A DNA stretch of 64,000 nucleotides from Candidatus Latescibacterota bacterium (GCA_965243025.1 CBDETY010000003.1:3296001-3360000), one strand, 5' to 3'. Positions 49,109-58,802 are shown, numbered from the stretch's first letter. Program-made: numbers and translations. Notes: generated by a model not told the origin, from the sequence alone.

Positions 49109-49738
49109 ATGACGATCCGCGTTGTGCTGGTGGACGATCACGAGCTGATGCGCAAGGGCCTGCGCTCCCTGTTCGCGCAGGACGGGGAGTTCGAGGTGGT
49201 GGGGGAAGCCGGGGACGCGCGCACCGCCGTGGAGCTGGCCGCGGCCTGCCGGCCGCACGTCGTGATCATGGACGTATCCCTGCCCGACCTGAGCGGAGTC
49301 GAGGCGACGCGCCAGGTTCTCGGCCAGGCCCCGGAGGTGAAGGTGGTGGCCCTGTCGGTGCACGACGACCCGCAGTACGTCGCCGGCATGCTGGAGGCGG
49401 GGGCCTCGGGGTACGTGGTGAAAGGGGCGGCCTCGGTCGAGGTGCTGCGGGCGGTGCGGGCGGCCCTGTCCGGCCGCACCTACCTGAGTCCGGAGTTGGC
49501 CGGGGCCGTGTACGACCAGATGCAGACACTTGCCGGACATCCGGAGCTGAGCGAGCGGGAGCGCGAGGTGGTTCGGCTCATCAGCGAGGATCTGACGACA
49601 CGGCAAATTGCCCGGCAACTGAACCTGAGCGAGAACACCGTCCACACGCACCGGCAGCGCATTATGGACAAGCTCGACCGGCACGGCGTGGCTTCTTTGA
49701 CCAAGTTCGCGATCAGAACCGGCCTCACCACGCTGTAG
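49109..49738 (+). CDS. NarL/FixJ-family response regulator (receiver + LuxR HTH)
   Basis: RBS aaggag; IRVVLVDDHELMRKGL; VIMDVSLP; GASGYVVK; LSEREREVVRL..TVHTHRQRIMDKL. Confidence 0.93.
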   Translation: MTIRVVLVDDHELMRKGLRSLFAQDGEFEVVGEAGDARTAVELAAACRPHVVIMDVSLPDLSGVEATRQVLGQAPEVKVVALSVHDDPQYVAGMLEAGASGYVVKGAASVEVLRAVRAALSGRTYLSPELAGAVYDQMQTLAGHPELSEREREVVRLISEDLTTRQIARQLNLSENTVHTHRQRIMDKLDRHGVASLTKFAIRTGLTTL

Positions 49739-49852
49739 CTGCCTCTTCGCGGCGGTCACTCCCCACCGGTTTCGGCTTCCGGTTCCATAGGCCCCCCCGG
49801 CGCCCACGGCGCCGGACTTTTCCGGGCCAATCCCCCGTCTTTTTCGGAAGTG

Positions 49853-49915
49853 TCACCTGATCGGGTGACAAAAAAATCACCTTATCAGGTGACAAGAAAT
49901 CACCTGATCGGGTGA
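49853..49915. promoter_or_regulatory. Tandem palindrome array TCACCTGATCRGGTGA x3, copy 2
   Basis: Units at 49853, 49877 (one mismatch) and 49900, with A-tract spacers. Confidence 0.8.
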
Positions 49916-50109
49916 TACCGGAGCGGACATTTCGGAGCGATCTTTATCCTCAAGATGAACAAGGTCGCTGCCCAGGAAAGGAGGTCATTGCTGCAGCCGC
50001 CACCATTCCGCAAGAAGCAACGCCGCGTTGGATCATGTGCCGACCCGATTGGCGATAAGCCCAAAAGGGCGGCCGGATCTCAAACACCCGAACCCAAAGG
50101 AGGCAGAAA

Positions 50110-50361
50110 ATGCCACGCGTATTGAAGAGCTTTTTCGGGGCCGGGCTCGCCATTCTGACAGGCGTCCTGCTGACCACCGGGGGCCTGTCCTGGGTGGAAG
50201 CCGACCAGAAGAACGGTTGGCACCACTGCCACACCGTGTACGCCTTCACGAACAGCGAGGCGGACGGAAAGTGCGCCAGTGCTTGCTCCAGTGCCGGGCA
50301 CTCCGAGTCCGATGCTGAAAACACCGGCCCGGGGACTTGGCGTTGCGAGTGCAGGAACTGA
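50110..50361 (+). CDS. Small secreted Cys-rich, defensin-like peptide
   Basis: RBS aaggagg; signal peptide ending VEA; mature part has C...CASAC...CEC; downstream hairpin. Confidence 0.7.
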   Translation: MPRVLKSFFGAGLAILTGVLLTTGGLSWVEADQKNGWHHCHTVYAFTNSEADGKCASACSSAGHSESDAENTGPGTWRCECRN

Positions 50362-50400
50362 GCATCCTCCGGCGCTTTGGCTGACGCGCTCGGCATACTC

Positions 50401-50450
50401 GGACGAGGGTCCCGTCCCCTTCAGGGGGGTGGGCCCTCGTCCTTGTTATT
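50401..50450 (+). terminator. Stem-loop / probable terminator after the peptide gene
   Basis: ggacgagggtccc ... gggccctcgtcc followed by ttgttatt. Confidence 0.55.
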
Positions 50451-50564
50451 CCTGAAAGAGGAGAAAGACCATCTGTGCCGTTCGGCAAATCGACAGGGAA
50501 AAGGAAGCCATGCGGAGCCCGCTGACCGGCAGAATAGCTGACAGGCAATAGGCAAGGAAACCAG

Positions 50565-51521
50565 ATGGTCCCTGTAGGTCTCAGGAATCACCGGCGCATG
50601 GCCCTCGGCCTGCTCGTCGGGTCCGCCCTGTCCGCCTGCTTTCCTGCTCAGGCAGGCGCCCACAGCGGCGGTCGAGTCTTCCCGATCGCCGAGCTGACCG
50701 ACGAGATGCTGGAACAGATCCAGCTTCACGACGGCTCGGTGGAGGAGTGGTACGATCTCGTGGGCGAACCCACCATGTCCCTGGTCGATTTCAGAGCCTT
50801 CGGTGACGTACCTGATCCATCCGACCTGGACTTCCGCATATGGCTGGCCTGGCACGATGAGCCGGATCGGCTCTATGTCGCCTTCTCGGCCAGTGATGAT
50901 GCGCACATCATACCTCAACAGGTGCTTGCCACCAATGCCGAGCTTGTCCTGGCTCTCGACGCAGATCACAGCGGCGGAGGACTTAATTTGGAATCTTGGG
51001 AAACGAGGGGTTTTTGGGGGGAATCGCAACAATACGGGGTAATAGCCCGTACGGCCAGTGGCCGCGCTGCGTTGTATGCCTATTTCACGTCCGGCTTGAG
51101 CCGCTCGTACAGCAAAGCTGCCAAGGAGGATTCCTGGATGTTCTTTCCACCCTATGGAGAGGCAGGCGGCGGCGTAGCCGGGGAGAACCCGATCATCAGG
51201 GTAATCGAGCTGTACGTCACCCCATACGACAGTTGGCAGGGACCCGACAGTCGGCCTGAAGACGTCGTGGTCAGCGATCTGACGGCAGGAAAGGTCATAG
51301 GCTTTGCGGTCCTCGTGGACGAAAGAGATGACGAATACAGTAGATTCTACCTGGGGCCTGAAGCTGTCCAGAGTGAAGACCCGGAAATTGACATACTGCA
51401 CCGATATCGGGCGGAGCTCTACCTGGACGGACTGCTGCTGCCGGCCAACGCGGCCGGACCGGTGGAAGACAGCGCCGTCGAGTCGGTCTCCTGGGGACGG
51501 ATCAAGGCCTCGCTGTGGTAG
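50565..51521 (+). CDS. Secreted CBM9/DOMON-like paralogue 1
   Basis: Signal peptide; DGSVEEW; DPSDLDFRIWLAWHDEPDRLYVAF; DADHSGG; IELYVTPYD; VESVSWGRIKAS. Confidence 0.8.
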   Translation: MVPVGLRNHRRMALGLLVGSALSACFPAQAGAHSGGRVFPIAELTDEMLEQIQLHDGSVEEWYDLVGEPTMSLVDFRAFGDVPDPSDLDFRIWLAWHDEPDRLYVAFSASDDAHIIPQQVLATNAELVLALDADHSGGGLNLESWETRGFWGESQQYGVIARTASGRAALYAYFTSGLSRSYSKAAKEDSWMFFPPYGEAGGGVAGENPIIRVIELYVTPYDSWQGPDSRPEDVVVSDLTAGKVIGFAVLVDERDDEYSRFYLGPEAVQSEDPEIDILHRYRAELYLDGLLLPANAAGPVEDSAVESVSWGRIKASLW

Positions 51522-51680
51522 TTCTCATCCTTCTGCTCCTGCTTTGTTCAAGCCAATGCGCACGATCTGGACGGGAGCGTATACTGCGCAGGAGACGGCG
51601 AGACTCGCCGGTTATCCGATTTCGGAGCGGTCTCCCCGGTATGGTCCCCCGACGGCGGATTAGATTTGCTACTTCCAGCA
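51515..51680 (+). pseudogene. Remnant of a secreted TolB/PD40-repeat protein
   Basis: Signal-like start, then frameshifted GETRRLSDFGAVSPVWSPDG. Confidence 0.4.
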
Positions 51681-51776
51681 CACCCATGATAACACCTGTT
51701 CTATTTCATATCGGCTACCGGAGAGCAACTCCAGACCGTACCCCTGCCATCACCCCTGACGATCACGGCAGGCCCT

Positions 51777-52193
51777 TTGCCGGACATCCGGAGCTGAGCG
51801 AGCGGGAGCGCGAGGTGGTTCGGCTCATCAGCGAGGATCGGACGACACGGCAAATTGCCCGGCAACTGAACCTGAGCGAGCACACCGTCCACACGCACCG
51901 GCAGCGCCTCATGGACAAGCTCGACCGGCACGGCGTGGCTTCTTTGACCAAGTTCGCGATCAGAACCGGCCTCACCACGCTGTAGCTGCCCTTTCGCGGC
52001 GGTCACTCCCTACCGGTTTCGGCTTCCGGTTCCATAGGCCCCCCCGCGCCCACGGCGCCGGACTTTTTCCGGGCCAATCCCCCGTTTTTCGGAAATGTCA
52101 CCTGATCGGGTGACAGAAAAATCACCTGATCGGGTGACAGAAAAATCACCTGATCAGGTGACAAAAAATCACCTGATCAGGTGATACCGGAGC
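51777..52193 (+). repeat. ~400-bp direct duplication of 49530-49924 (LuxR HTH 3' half plus palindrome array)
   Basis: Near-identical DNA. The array here has 4 units (52098, 52122, 52146, 52169). Confidence 0.92.
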
Positions 52194-52558
52194 CGTCTGT
52201 CCGGTGCGATCTTTCAATCCAGGACAAACGAAAGATGGCATGGTTTCGCAGAAATGAGGCAGGGCGGCAGAAAGGAGAAACCGCGACGCGCGCACGTTGC
52301 TGCCCCATGCACCCAGGAAGACGAATTTGAAATCGGCCTTACGCGGAAGGTTGTCTCGCTCCCCTATAGTAGTACGACTGTGGAAATACCTTTCCTGGCA
52401 CCTATGGGAGAAAGGCCGATGGAGGAGGTGGAACCGGGAAAAATGGTGGCAGAACGGACTCAGACGTTTGCATAATCACAGAACATGAATGGAGACCGAA
52501 TCAAATGGCTTTGAAGAAAACTCCACAGTAGAAATCCCTAACCGAAGGAAGGCACACC

Positions 52559-53470
52559 ATGACCTCGGTCCGATGCAACGCTGCATGGCTCACCGCCTTT
52601 TGTCTCTGTCTGCCGGCACTGGCTTTGGCGCACGTGGGCGACCGTATATATCCCATTTCTTATCTCAGCGACGAGGCGCTGGCAGAGATTCAGCTCGATG
52701 ACGGTATTGTAGATGAATGGTATGACCTGGCCGGAGAGCCGAACCTGATTATATCGGATTTTACGGACAAAATGAGCGGGACGCCGCTTGATCCGTCTGA
52801 TCTGGATTTTCGCATCTGGTTGGCCTGGCACGACGATCCGGTTCGGCTGTATGTCGCCTTCGTGGGCAGCGATGATGTGTACGAGAATACCCATGATTAC
52901 GATGTGGAAACCAACTTTCGCAATGTTATTTGGACGCATGACAGTATCGGCCTGATCGTGGACGGGGACCACAGCGGCGGTGGGGGCTTTACTGTAGATC
53001 CGACAGAGGAGGAAGTGATCGAGGCTAATGGAAACGCCCAACTATATTCCGCCATTTCCCAGACACCTACGGGTCCAAATATCGGAGGGGGAGGGCGTCC
53101 CTCCGGTTGGATTTATTCGCCTCCTTATGCGGATGGAGGAGGAGGTGTCTTCAGTGAGGCTCCCGTCATCAGCGTGATCGAACTGTACGTTACCCCGTTC
53201 GACAGTTGGGAAGGCTGGGACTACCCGGGACAAATGGAAGTCAGTCAGTTGGCCGCCGGCAAAGTCATCGGCTTCGGAATTATAGTGTACGACCACGACC
53301 CCGATGAACAGGAATGGTGGACCCCTGGACGGATGGAGTGGCGTAGGGCTTGGCGGAGAGACGCAGACGGATTACTCGACGGTCTCCTGCTGCCGGCCGG
53401 CGCCGGACCGGAAGACACCGCGGCCGAGTCGGTCTCCTGGGGGCGGATCAAGGCTTCCCTGATGGAGTAG
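52559..53470 (+). CDS. Secreted CBM9/DOMON-like paralogue 2
   Basis: Same conserved blocks; ends AESVSWGRIKASLME. Confidence 0.8.
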   Translation: MTSVRCNAAWLTAFCLCLPALALAHVGDRIYPISYLSDEALAEIQLDDGIVDEWYDLAGEPNLIISDFTDKMSGTPLDPSDLDFRIWLAWHDDPVRLYVAFVGSDDVYENTHDYDVETNFRNVIWTHDSIGLIVDGDHSGGGGFTVDPTEEEVIEANGNAQLYSAISQTPTGPNIGGGGRPSGWIYSPPYADGGGGVFSEAPVISVIELYVTPFDSWEGWDYPGQMEVSQLAAGKVIGFGIIVYDHDPDEQEWWTPGRMEWRRAWRRDADGLLDGLLLPAGAGPEDTAAESVSWGRIKASLME

Positions 53471-53525
53471 CCGTACCGTCATCCCCTCATCCAAACCGCG
53501 ACCTGCGAACAGGGAGAAAAGACAG

Positions 53526-54566
53526 ATGACCTGCATCCGCATGAAAAAGCAAGTGCCCCCTGCTCTGAGCGTACTCCTGCTGGTGGCGGTGTCGGCGAGC
53601 CTGTTGGCCCAGGCAGGCCTGCCTGCTCCGTCCGAGGCCGACAGCGGCGGCGGCCGCGTGTTCCCGATCGCCGAGCTCACCGACGGGATGCTGGAACGGA
53701 TTCAACTCGACGACGGGACAGTGGACGAGTGGTTTGATCTGGTCGGCGAGCCGACCCTGACCGGCCTGGATTTCATCGACTTTTGGGGGAGGGAGCCTCC
53801 AGACCCGTCTGATTTTGACTTCCGCATCTGGCTGACCTGGCACGGCGAGCCCGCTCGCCTCTACCTGGCCTTCGTGGCCAGCGATGACCGATACCAAAAC
53901 ACCCACGACTACAGTTCGGATAATATTCTTTCAAGATTTATGATCTTCGGTGATAACGATGCTCTCACCCTGGGAATCGACGGAGATCACAGCGGGGGTG
54001 CCGGGCTCCCGGTCAGCGGTGTCCCTGCTGAGGGGGTAGGGACGGCTATGAGGGAGCAGAGTGGGGAAACTCAGTATTACGAGGCCATTTCCCGCACCAA
54101 CGGTCCGAATCTGGTTGACTACACTGGCCAGGTTATTGAAGACCTCTCTTGGAGGGGCCTGCCTCCTTACGCGGACGCGGGTGGCGGCGTGGCCGGAGAA
54201 GCGCCGGTCATCTGGGTGATCGAGCTGTACGTCACCCCGTTCGACCACGGGGGAGAACCCTGGGACAGCCCCGAAGGGAGCGAGGTCAGCGAATTGGCCG
54301 CAGGACAATTCATCGGTTTTGCGATCGGGGTGCAGGATTTCGACTCCGGAAGTAGGGCCACGGCGGAGTTTGACATGACGCAGTGGGTCCCGGAAGGCGT
54401 GGAATACTCTGCCAATGGAACATTCTCCGACATCAGAAGACATCGCGCGGACTACTTTCTCGATGGGCTGCTGCTGCCGGCCGGCGCGGCCGGTTCCGAA
54501 CCCGAAGGCAGCGCGGTCGAGTCGGTTTCCTGGGGCCGGATCAAGGCTTCTCTTGAGATCGATTAG
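53526..54566 (+). CDS. Secreted CBM9/DOMON-like paralogue 3
   Basis: Same conserved blocks; ends AVESVSWGRIKASLEID. Confidence 0.8.
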   Translation: MTCIRMKKQVPPALSVLLLVAVSASLLAQAGLPAPSEADSGGGRVFPIAELTDGMLERIQLDDGTVDEWFDLVGEPTLTGLDFIDFWGREPPDPSDFDFRIWLTWHGEPARLYLAFVASDDRYQNTHDYSSDNILSRFMIFGDNDALTLGIDGDHSGGAGLPVSGVPAEGVGTAMREQSGETQYYEAISRTNGPNLVDYTGQVIEDLSWRGLPPYADAGGGVAGEAPVIWVIELYVTPFDHGGEPWDSPEGSEVSELAAGQFIGFAIGVQDFDSGSRATAEFDMTQWVPEGVEYSANGTFSDIRRHRADYFLDGLLLPAGAAGSEPEGSAVESVSWGRIKASLEID

Positions 54567-54666
54567 GTGTAATGAACGTGTCGTTTAAAGTTGAGAAACC
54601 CAGGTCTGGTTTGCCGTTCAAGTCGTTCCGACTCCCAGCTGCTGCACTGATCAAAGGAGGTAGTGA

Positions 54667-55656
54667 ATGAGCCGAACTCCAATCGCAAAGCAGAGGAGCA
54701 TGGCCCTCGGCCTGCTCGTCGGGTCGGCCCTGTGGGCCGGCCTGTCTGCCCGGGCAGAAGCCCACCTCGGAGACCGCGTGTACCCGGTTACCTACCTCAG
54801 CGACGAAATGCTGGAAAGGATCGATCTCAAGGATGGGTTGGTGGACGAGTGGTACGAGTTGGTCGGCGAGCCCTCCATGACCCTGCTGGATTTCACGGGA
54901 GAAGAGCCGCATTCGCCTCCTTTGCTACCTGATCCTTCCGACCTGGACTTCCGCATCTGGCTGGCCTGGCACGATGAGCCTGCCCGTCTCTATGTCGCTT
55001 TCGTGGCCAGCGACGACGTGTACAAGAACAACCACGATTACAGCAGTTCTCCATACCTACATGAAAATGACAGCATAATGCTGGCAATCGACGGAGACCA
55101 TAGCGGAGGAAGGGGGGGTGACTCCAACACTCCACTGGAAGAAGCTATCGAGATTCATGGGCAAGCTCCGTCTTACCAGGCTATTTCCCGCACTGCCAGC
55201 GGTCCGACCTTGAATGATGTGTCCTATAGGGTCCAGATTGGACAGGCTTCATGGACGACCTTGCCACCCTATGCTGAAGGCGGCGGCGGCGTGGCCGGAG
55301 AAGCGCCGGTCATCTGGGTGATCGAGCTGTACGTGACGCCGTTCGACCGCTGGGGGGAAACGTGGGAAAGCCCCGAGGGGAGCGTGATCAGCCCTTTTGC
55401 CGCAGGACAGGTGATCGGTTTCGCGATGGTAGTGCTTGACCATGACCCGCCTGCATTTGATGCCAAAAGATGGTCGGTCGATGTTCAGCAACCAGACGAG
55501 ACCGACACCACGTTCTGGAACATAATTCGCAATCGGGCGGATACCTTTCTCGACGGGCTGCTGCTGCCCGCTGGAGACACTGCGGTCGAGTCGGTTTCCT
55601 ATGGTCGAATCAAGGCCGCTCTGGACTCGGGTTGGAGCACGGAAGAAAACCCATGA
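54667..55656 (+). CDS. Secreted CBM9/DOMON-like paralogue 4
   Basis: Same conserved blocks; tail AVESVSYGRIKAAL. The start could be 54700. Confidence 0.8.
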   Translation: MSRTPIAKQRSMALGLLVGSALWAGLSARAEAHLGDRVYPVTYLSDEMLERIDLKDGLVDEWYELVGEPSMTLLDFTGEEPHSPPLLPDPSDLDFRIWLAWHDEPARLYVAFVASDDVYKNNHDYSSSPYLHENDSIMLAIDGDHSGGRGGDSNTPLEEAIEIHGQAPSYQAISRTASGPTLNDVSYRVQIGQASWTTLPPYAEGGGGVAGEAPVIWVIELYVTPFDRWGETWESPEGSVISPFAAGQVIGFAMVVLDHDPPAFDAKRWSVDVQQPDETDTTFWNIIRNRADTFLDGLLLPAGDTAVESVSYGRIKAALDSGWSTEENP

Positions 55657-55849
55657 GTTTGTGCCGCCTACGGCCTCCGGCGCCCTAGTCCTTGTCCTCT
55701 GGCCGGCAATGCCGGCGGTTCCCTCCCGGCAAGACTAAGGGAGTCAGTGGGGAGCAGAGGCAGCCGAGCGCCCAGGCTCTCCGGTCTGCCTTCACCTCCT
55801 CTGTGGATGGTGGCCCCCCGGCTACCCGCTGCCTACCCCCTTCCGCAGC

Positions 55850-56075
55850 GTAGTCCCGCAAAAGACCATGCCGGGGGACACTCACCACCAGCCGGTTCGC
55901 CGGCTTTCGGGATGCCCTCGCCTCATAGTTCCGGGCAGTCAGCACCCTTGACGTAGCCGCTCCTGATACCCCCAAGCACACCGACCCGGTCTGACCTCCC
56001 CCACCATCCCCCCCTCCTCCGCTTGCAGAAAACCAAAGTTTCCCACCGACGTTACGGGGTTTTTCGAACTTCCCC
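55850..56075 (-). repeat. Cryptic non-coding repeat family, copy F
   Basis: The reverse complement contains gtcggtgtgcttggggg.tcagga, aactatgagg and GGCATGGTCTTTTGC, shared with copies A-D. Confidence 0.5.
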
Positions 56076-56299
56076 GAAGGCCGATTTGCCTTTATAATTT
56101 TCCGGAATACACTAGAGGCACATGCAACGGGAATCCGGCAGCATCCACCGCCGCCTTCCCAGTCCCTTCTGTCGGTGCCACACCGACAGATCACCTTCCC
56201 ACCGAAACCCGAAAGGACTGCCATGGGAGCGTGAATCACATCGTTTTGTAAGGGCCGCCTGGTTTCAACACGGTACTCCACGGCCCGAAGGTAATTGGA

Positions 56300-57325
56300 A
56301 TGGAAAATGACAATGGTATCTCGTTACTCGATTTGTTCAGCATGTTTCCAGACGATGCAACCGCAGAGAGATGGTTCGAAGAGCAAAGATGGGGGAAGAT
56401 CGTAGATGGCCTTCCCGAATCCATATACTGCCCGCACTGGGGCTGCTCCGGCATGATCTCGGAATGTCCCGACCGCAAGCCCATGGCCTACTGGTGCGGC
56501 GACTGTCGAAACCACTTCAGCGTTCGCACAGGAGGGGTGTCCCACTCCAAGGTCCCCTTGCAGAAATGGGCCATCGCCATCTACCTGCACCTGTCTCGCC
56601 CGCAGGGAATCAGCGCCTGTCAGCTTGCCCGCGACATCAGGGTAACGCGTAAAACGGCCTTGTCCATGCTGCACCGCATTCGGGAGGGCTGGCCCGATCC
56701 CGAACCGCTGCGCAGCAAGTTCCTCGAAATCGACGAAGCCTGGTTCGGCGGAGACGATAAGAAGAGGCACCGCAACAAGAAATTCGGGAACCACTGGAGG
56801 AAGGGCAGGGTTCAGGCACTCGCAGTGGTAGACCGGGAAAGCGGCAGGGCGGACGCCGGGATGATCCTCCAAGCCGATCAGGAAACCGTGGCCCCCTTGG
56901 TAGAGAAGAATCTGGATGAAAATGAAACCCTGTGCAGCGACGAGGCCCCAGTCTATGCGGCCTTGAAATGGCCGGGGAGACACGAGATCGTCAACCACCG
57001 GAGAGGCGAATACGTCCGGGGCGAGGCCCATACGAACACCATCGAGTCGTTCTGGGCCAAGGCGAAGGGAACGATTCGCTGGACCTATCGACACGTATCT
57101 CCCAAGTATTTCCCCCGCTACCTCAAGGAGATCGTCGGCAGGCACAATGTCCGGGGAATGGCTCTCCTGGATCAGATGAAGCTGCTTGTGTCCGGCATGC
57201 TGGGGAAACGGCTGACCTACCAAGACCTGCTGGCGACGGAGGTCCCCCCGGTTCCCTACACCCATCATCGGTGGAAGGAGGGCGAACCCTTCCGAAAGTT
57301 CAGCAAGATGACAAACCCCCGGTGA
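56300..57325 (+). mobile_element. IS1595-family DDE transposase
   Basis: FPDDATAERWFEEQRW; Zn ribbon CPHW..C / CGDC; LEIDEAWFGG; LCSDE; VNH; HTNTIESFW; YRHVSPKY..RYL.E...RHN. Confidence 0.92.
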
Positions 57326-57339
57326 AATCAACGGGGTGC

Positions 57340-58035
57340 AGGGATGCTCTCCGGTCCGGCTGCTCGTTGCAAGCAGGCTCTACGATCCAGGTGCCCGAAG
57401 GCTCCGAACCGGCCTGATCTGTGGATGGGGAATGCCCGATGCAGAGACCGCTGCGAGTCGCCGACTCAGATCAGGCAGGAGTCCCGGTTCCCTCCTCGAT
57501 CAGAGTGGGTTTCGATCCAGGAATGAGATCCAGCTTGCCTGGCCATCTTGTCGACCAAACGGCATGATCTCCTCCTCACCTGGACGACGACGGCTTTGCA
57601 GACCCCGGGAGAATTCGCGCATCCTCTCCTCGATCAGAACGCGGCTTTTCCGATCCACGGTGCAGAGGAGATCGACGTTCCGACTCGGGGATTTCCTGGT
57701 CATTTCCCAAAGGAGATCCGGGAGATGCAGATCGGATCCACGGACCACGGAGTCAAATGTCCCATTTGGGACAATTCGAAATGTTTGAGATCTTGCATCC
57801 ATCGATGCGGCCGTTCATTCCCCGCCACTCTCCCTGCGGCAGCTTGCAGACCCAGGGGGAATCCGCGCATCCCCTCCAGGGTGCCAATCTGGCAGGTTTC
57901 TCCGGTCAGCACGCAATCATGTGGAATTGTCAGCCAGCCGACATCCCCCGTCTCCGGGCTAAACAGTAGGGACTGGGGTGTCCGGTTCTCTGCATTTTCT
58001 CTATTATATTATACCAGATTTTATTTAAATTCGCG
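57340..58035 (-). repeat. Cryptic non-coding repeat family, copy E (candidate ncRNA between the transposase and the IR)
   Basis: No credible ORF. Motifs recur internally (CTCGATCAG at 57495 and 57629; gcagaccc..ggg at ~57598 and ~57846). An extended -10 TGGTATAAT is on the minus strand at 58008-58016. Confidence 0.6.
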
Positions 58036-58049
58036 GAGGAGAATACTAA

Positions 58050-58087
58050 AATACCGTTGCTGAGTTATGTATATAATTCCCCGGCGA
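58050..58087 (-). repeat. IS1595-like terminal inverted repeat
   Basis: Inverted match to 2961-2998. It sits exactly where the MFS gene is cut off. Confidence 0.7.
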
Positions 58088-58802
58088 ACAGGCGCCGGAG
58101 CTCAAGCGGCCTGCGGGGCCGGGCACGGCCGGAGGGGCGGTCGAGGCCCCGGGTTGCCCGGAAGGTGATCCAGGCCGCCAGCACGATGGGGAGAGCCAGC
58201 CACCGGCTGGCCAGACCGCGGGCCTCGGCGCCGGCCGCTGCCCCCTGCTCGTCCATCTGGACCAGAACCAGGCCGGGCAGCCAGAGGCCGGCGAGGGCGC
58301 CCACCGTGCCGAAAAGCCGCTTGTAAGCGAACAGCTGGGTGCGCTCGTGGCGGTCGAAGCTCAGCTCGCCCCCGAGGGCCGCGTGCGGCACCCCGACCAC
58401 GGTCATGGCGGTGTTGAGCAGGACGAACGAGACCAGCAGGAAGGCGAAGCGCGCGGCGTTGCCGTCGAGGGGCGGCGGGTTGAACATCCAGATGAAGGTG
58501 ACGGCCAGCAGGCAGGCCCCGGGCAGCAGGAAGGGGCGCCGGCGGCCGCCGCTCCAGCGGGAACGGTCGGAGATGCCGCCCATCAGGGGGTCGCTGACCG
58601 CGTCCCAGACAATGGCCAGCGCCAGCGCCAGGCCGGTGTAGAGCGCCGGCAGCCCGACGACGACGTTGTAGAACTTGAAGAGGTAGATCTGCACCATCGA
58701 CTCCACGGCGGCCAGGCCGAAATCGGCGGCGCCGTAGCCGAGCTTGATGCGATGGGACAGGGACGCGTCCGCTTCGAGCTTCGGCGCCGTCTCGGGTTCC
58801 AT
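58065..58802 (-). pseudogene. GPH/MelB-type MFS sugar transporter, 3'-truncated
   Basis: KLGYGAADFG; WDAVSDPLMGGISDRSR..GRRRPF; PHAALGGELS...ERT. Only the N-terminal half is present, and the stop comes from the IR. Confidence 0.85.

Noticed and set aside
51515-51985. 156-aa membrane-anchored LuxR protein
   Set aside because: Best explained as chance read-through from a TolB-like remnant into the duplicated HTH fragment; the middle is not protein-like.
52098-52184. Palindromic repeat arrays as mini-CRISPR
   Set aside because: Units are 16 bp with 7-8 bp near-identical A-rich spacers. There are no unique spacers and no cas genes.
52254-52475. Small ORF after the third palindrome array as a second peptide
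   Set aside because: No signal peptide, no Cys motif, no clear RBS and no similarity to the 50110 peptide.
50565-55656. Diversity-generating retroelement acting on the paralogues
   Set aside because: No reverse transcriptase in the window and no TR/VR pair differing only at adenines.
57340-58035. Group II intron or integron attC array as the identity of the cryptic repeats
   Set aside because: I could not find a domain V/VI consensus, RYYYAAC...GTTRRRY cores or an integrase/RT gene.
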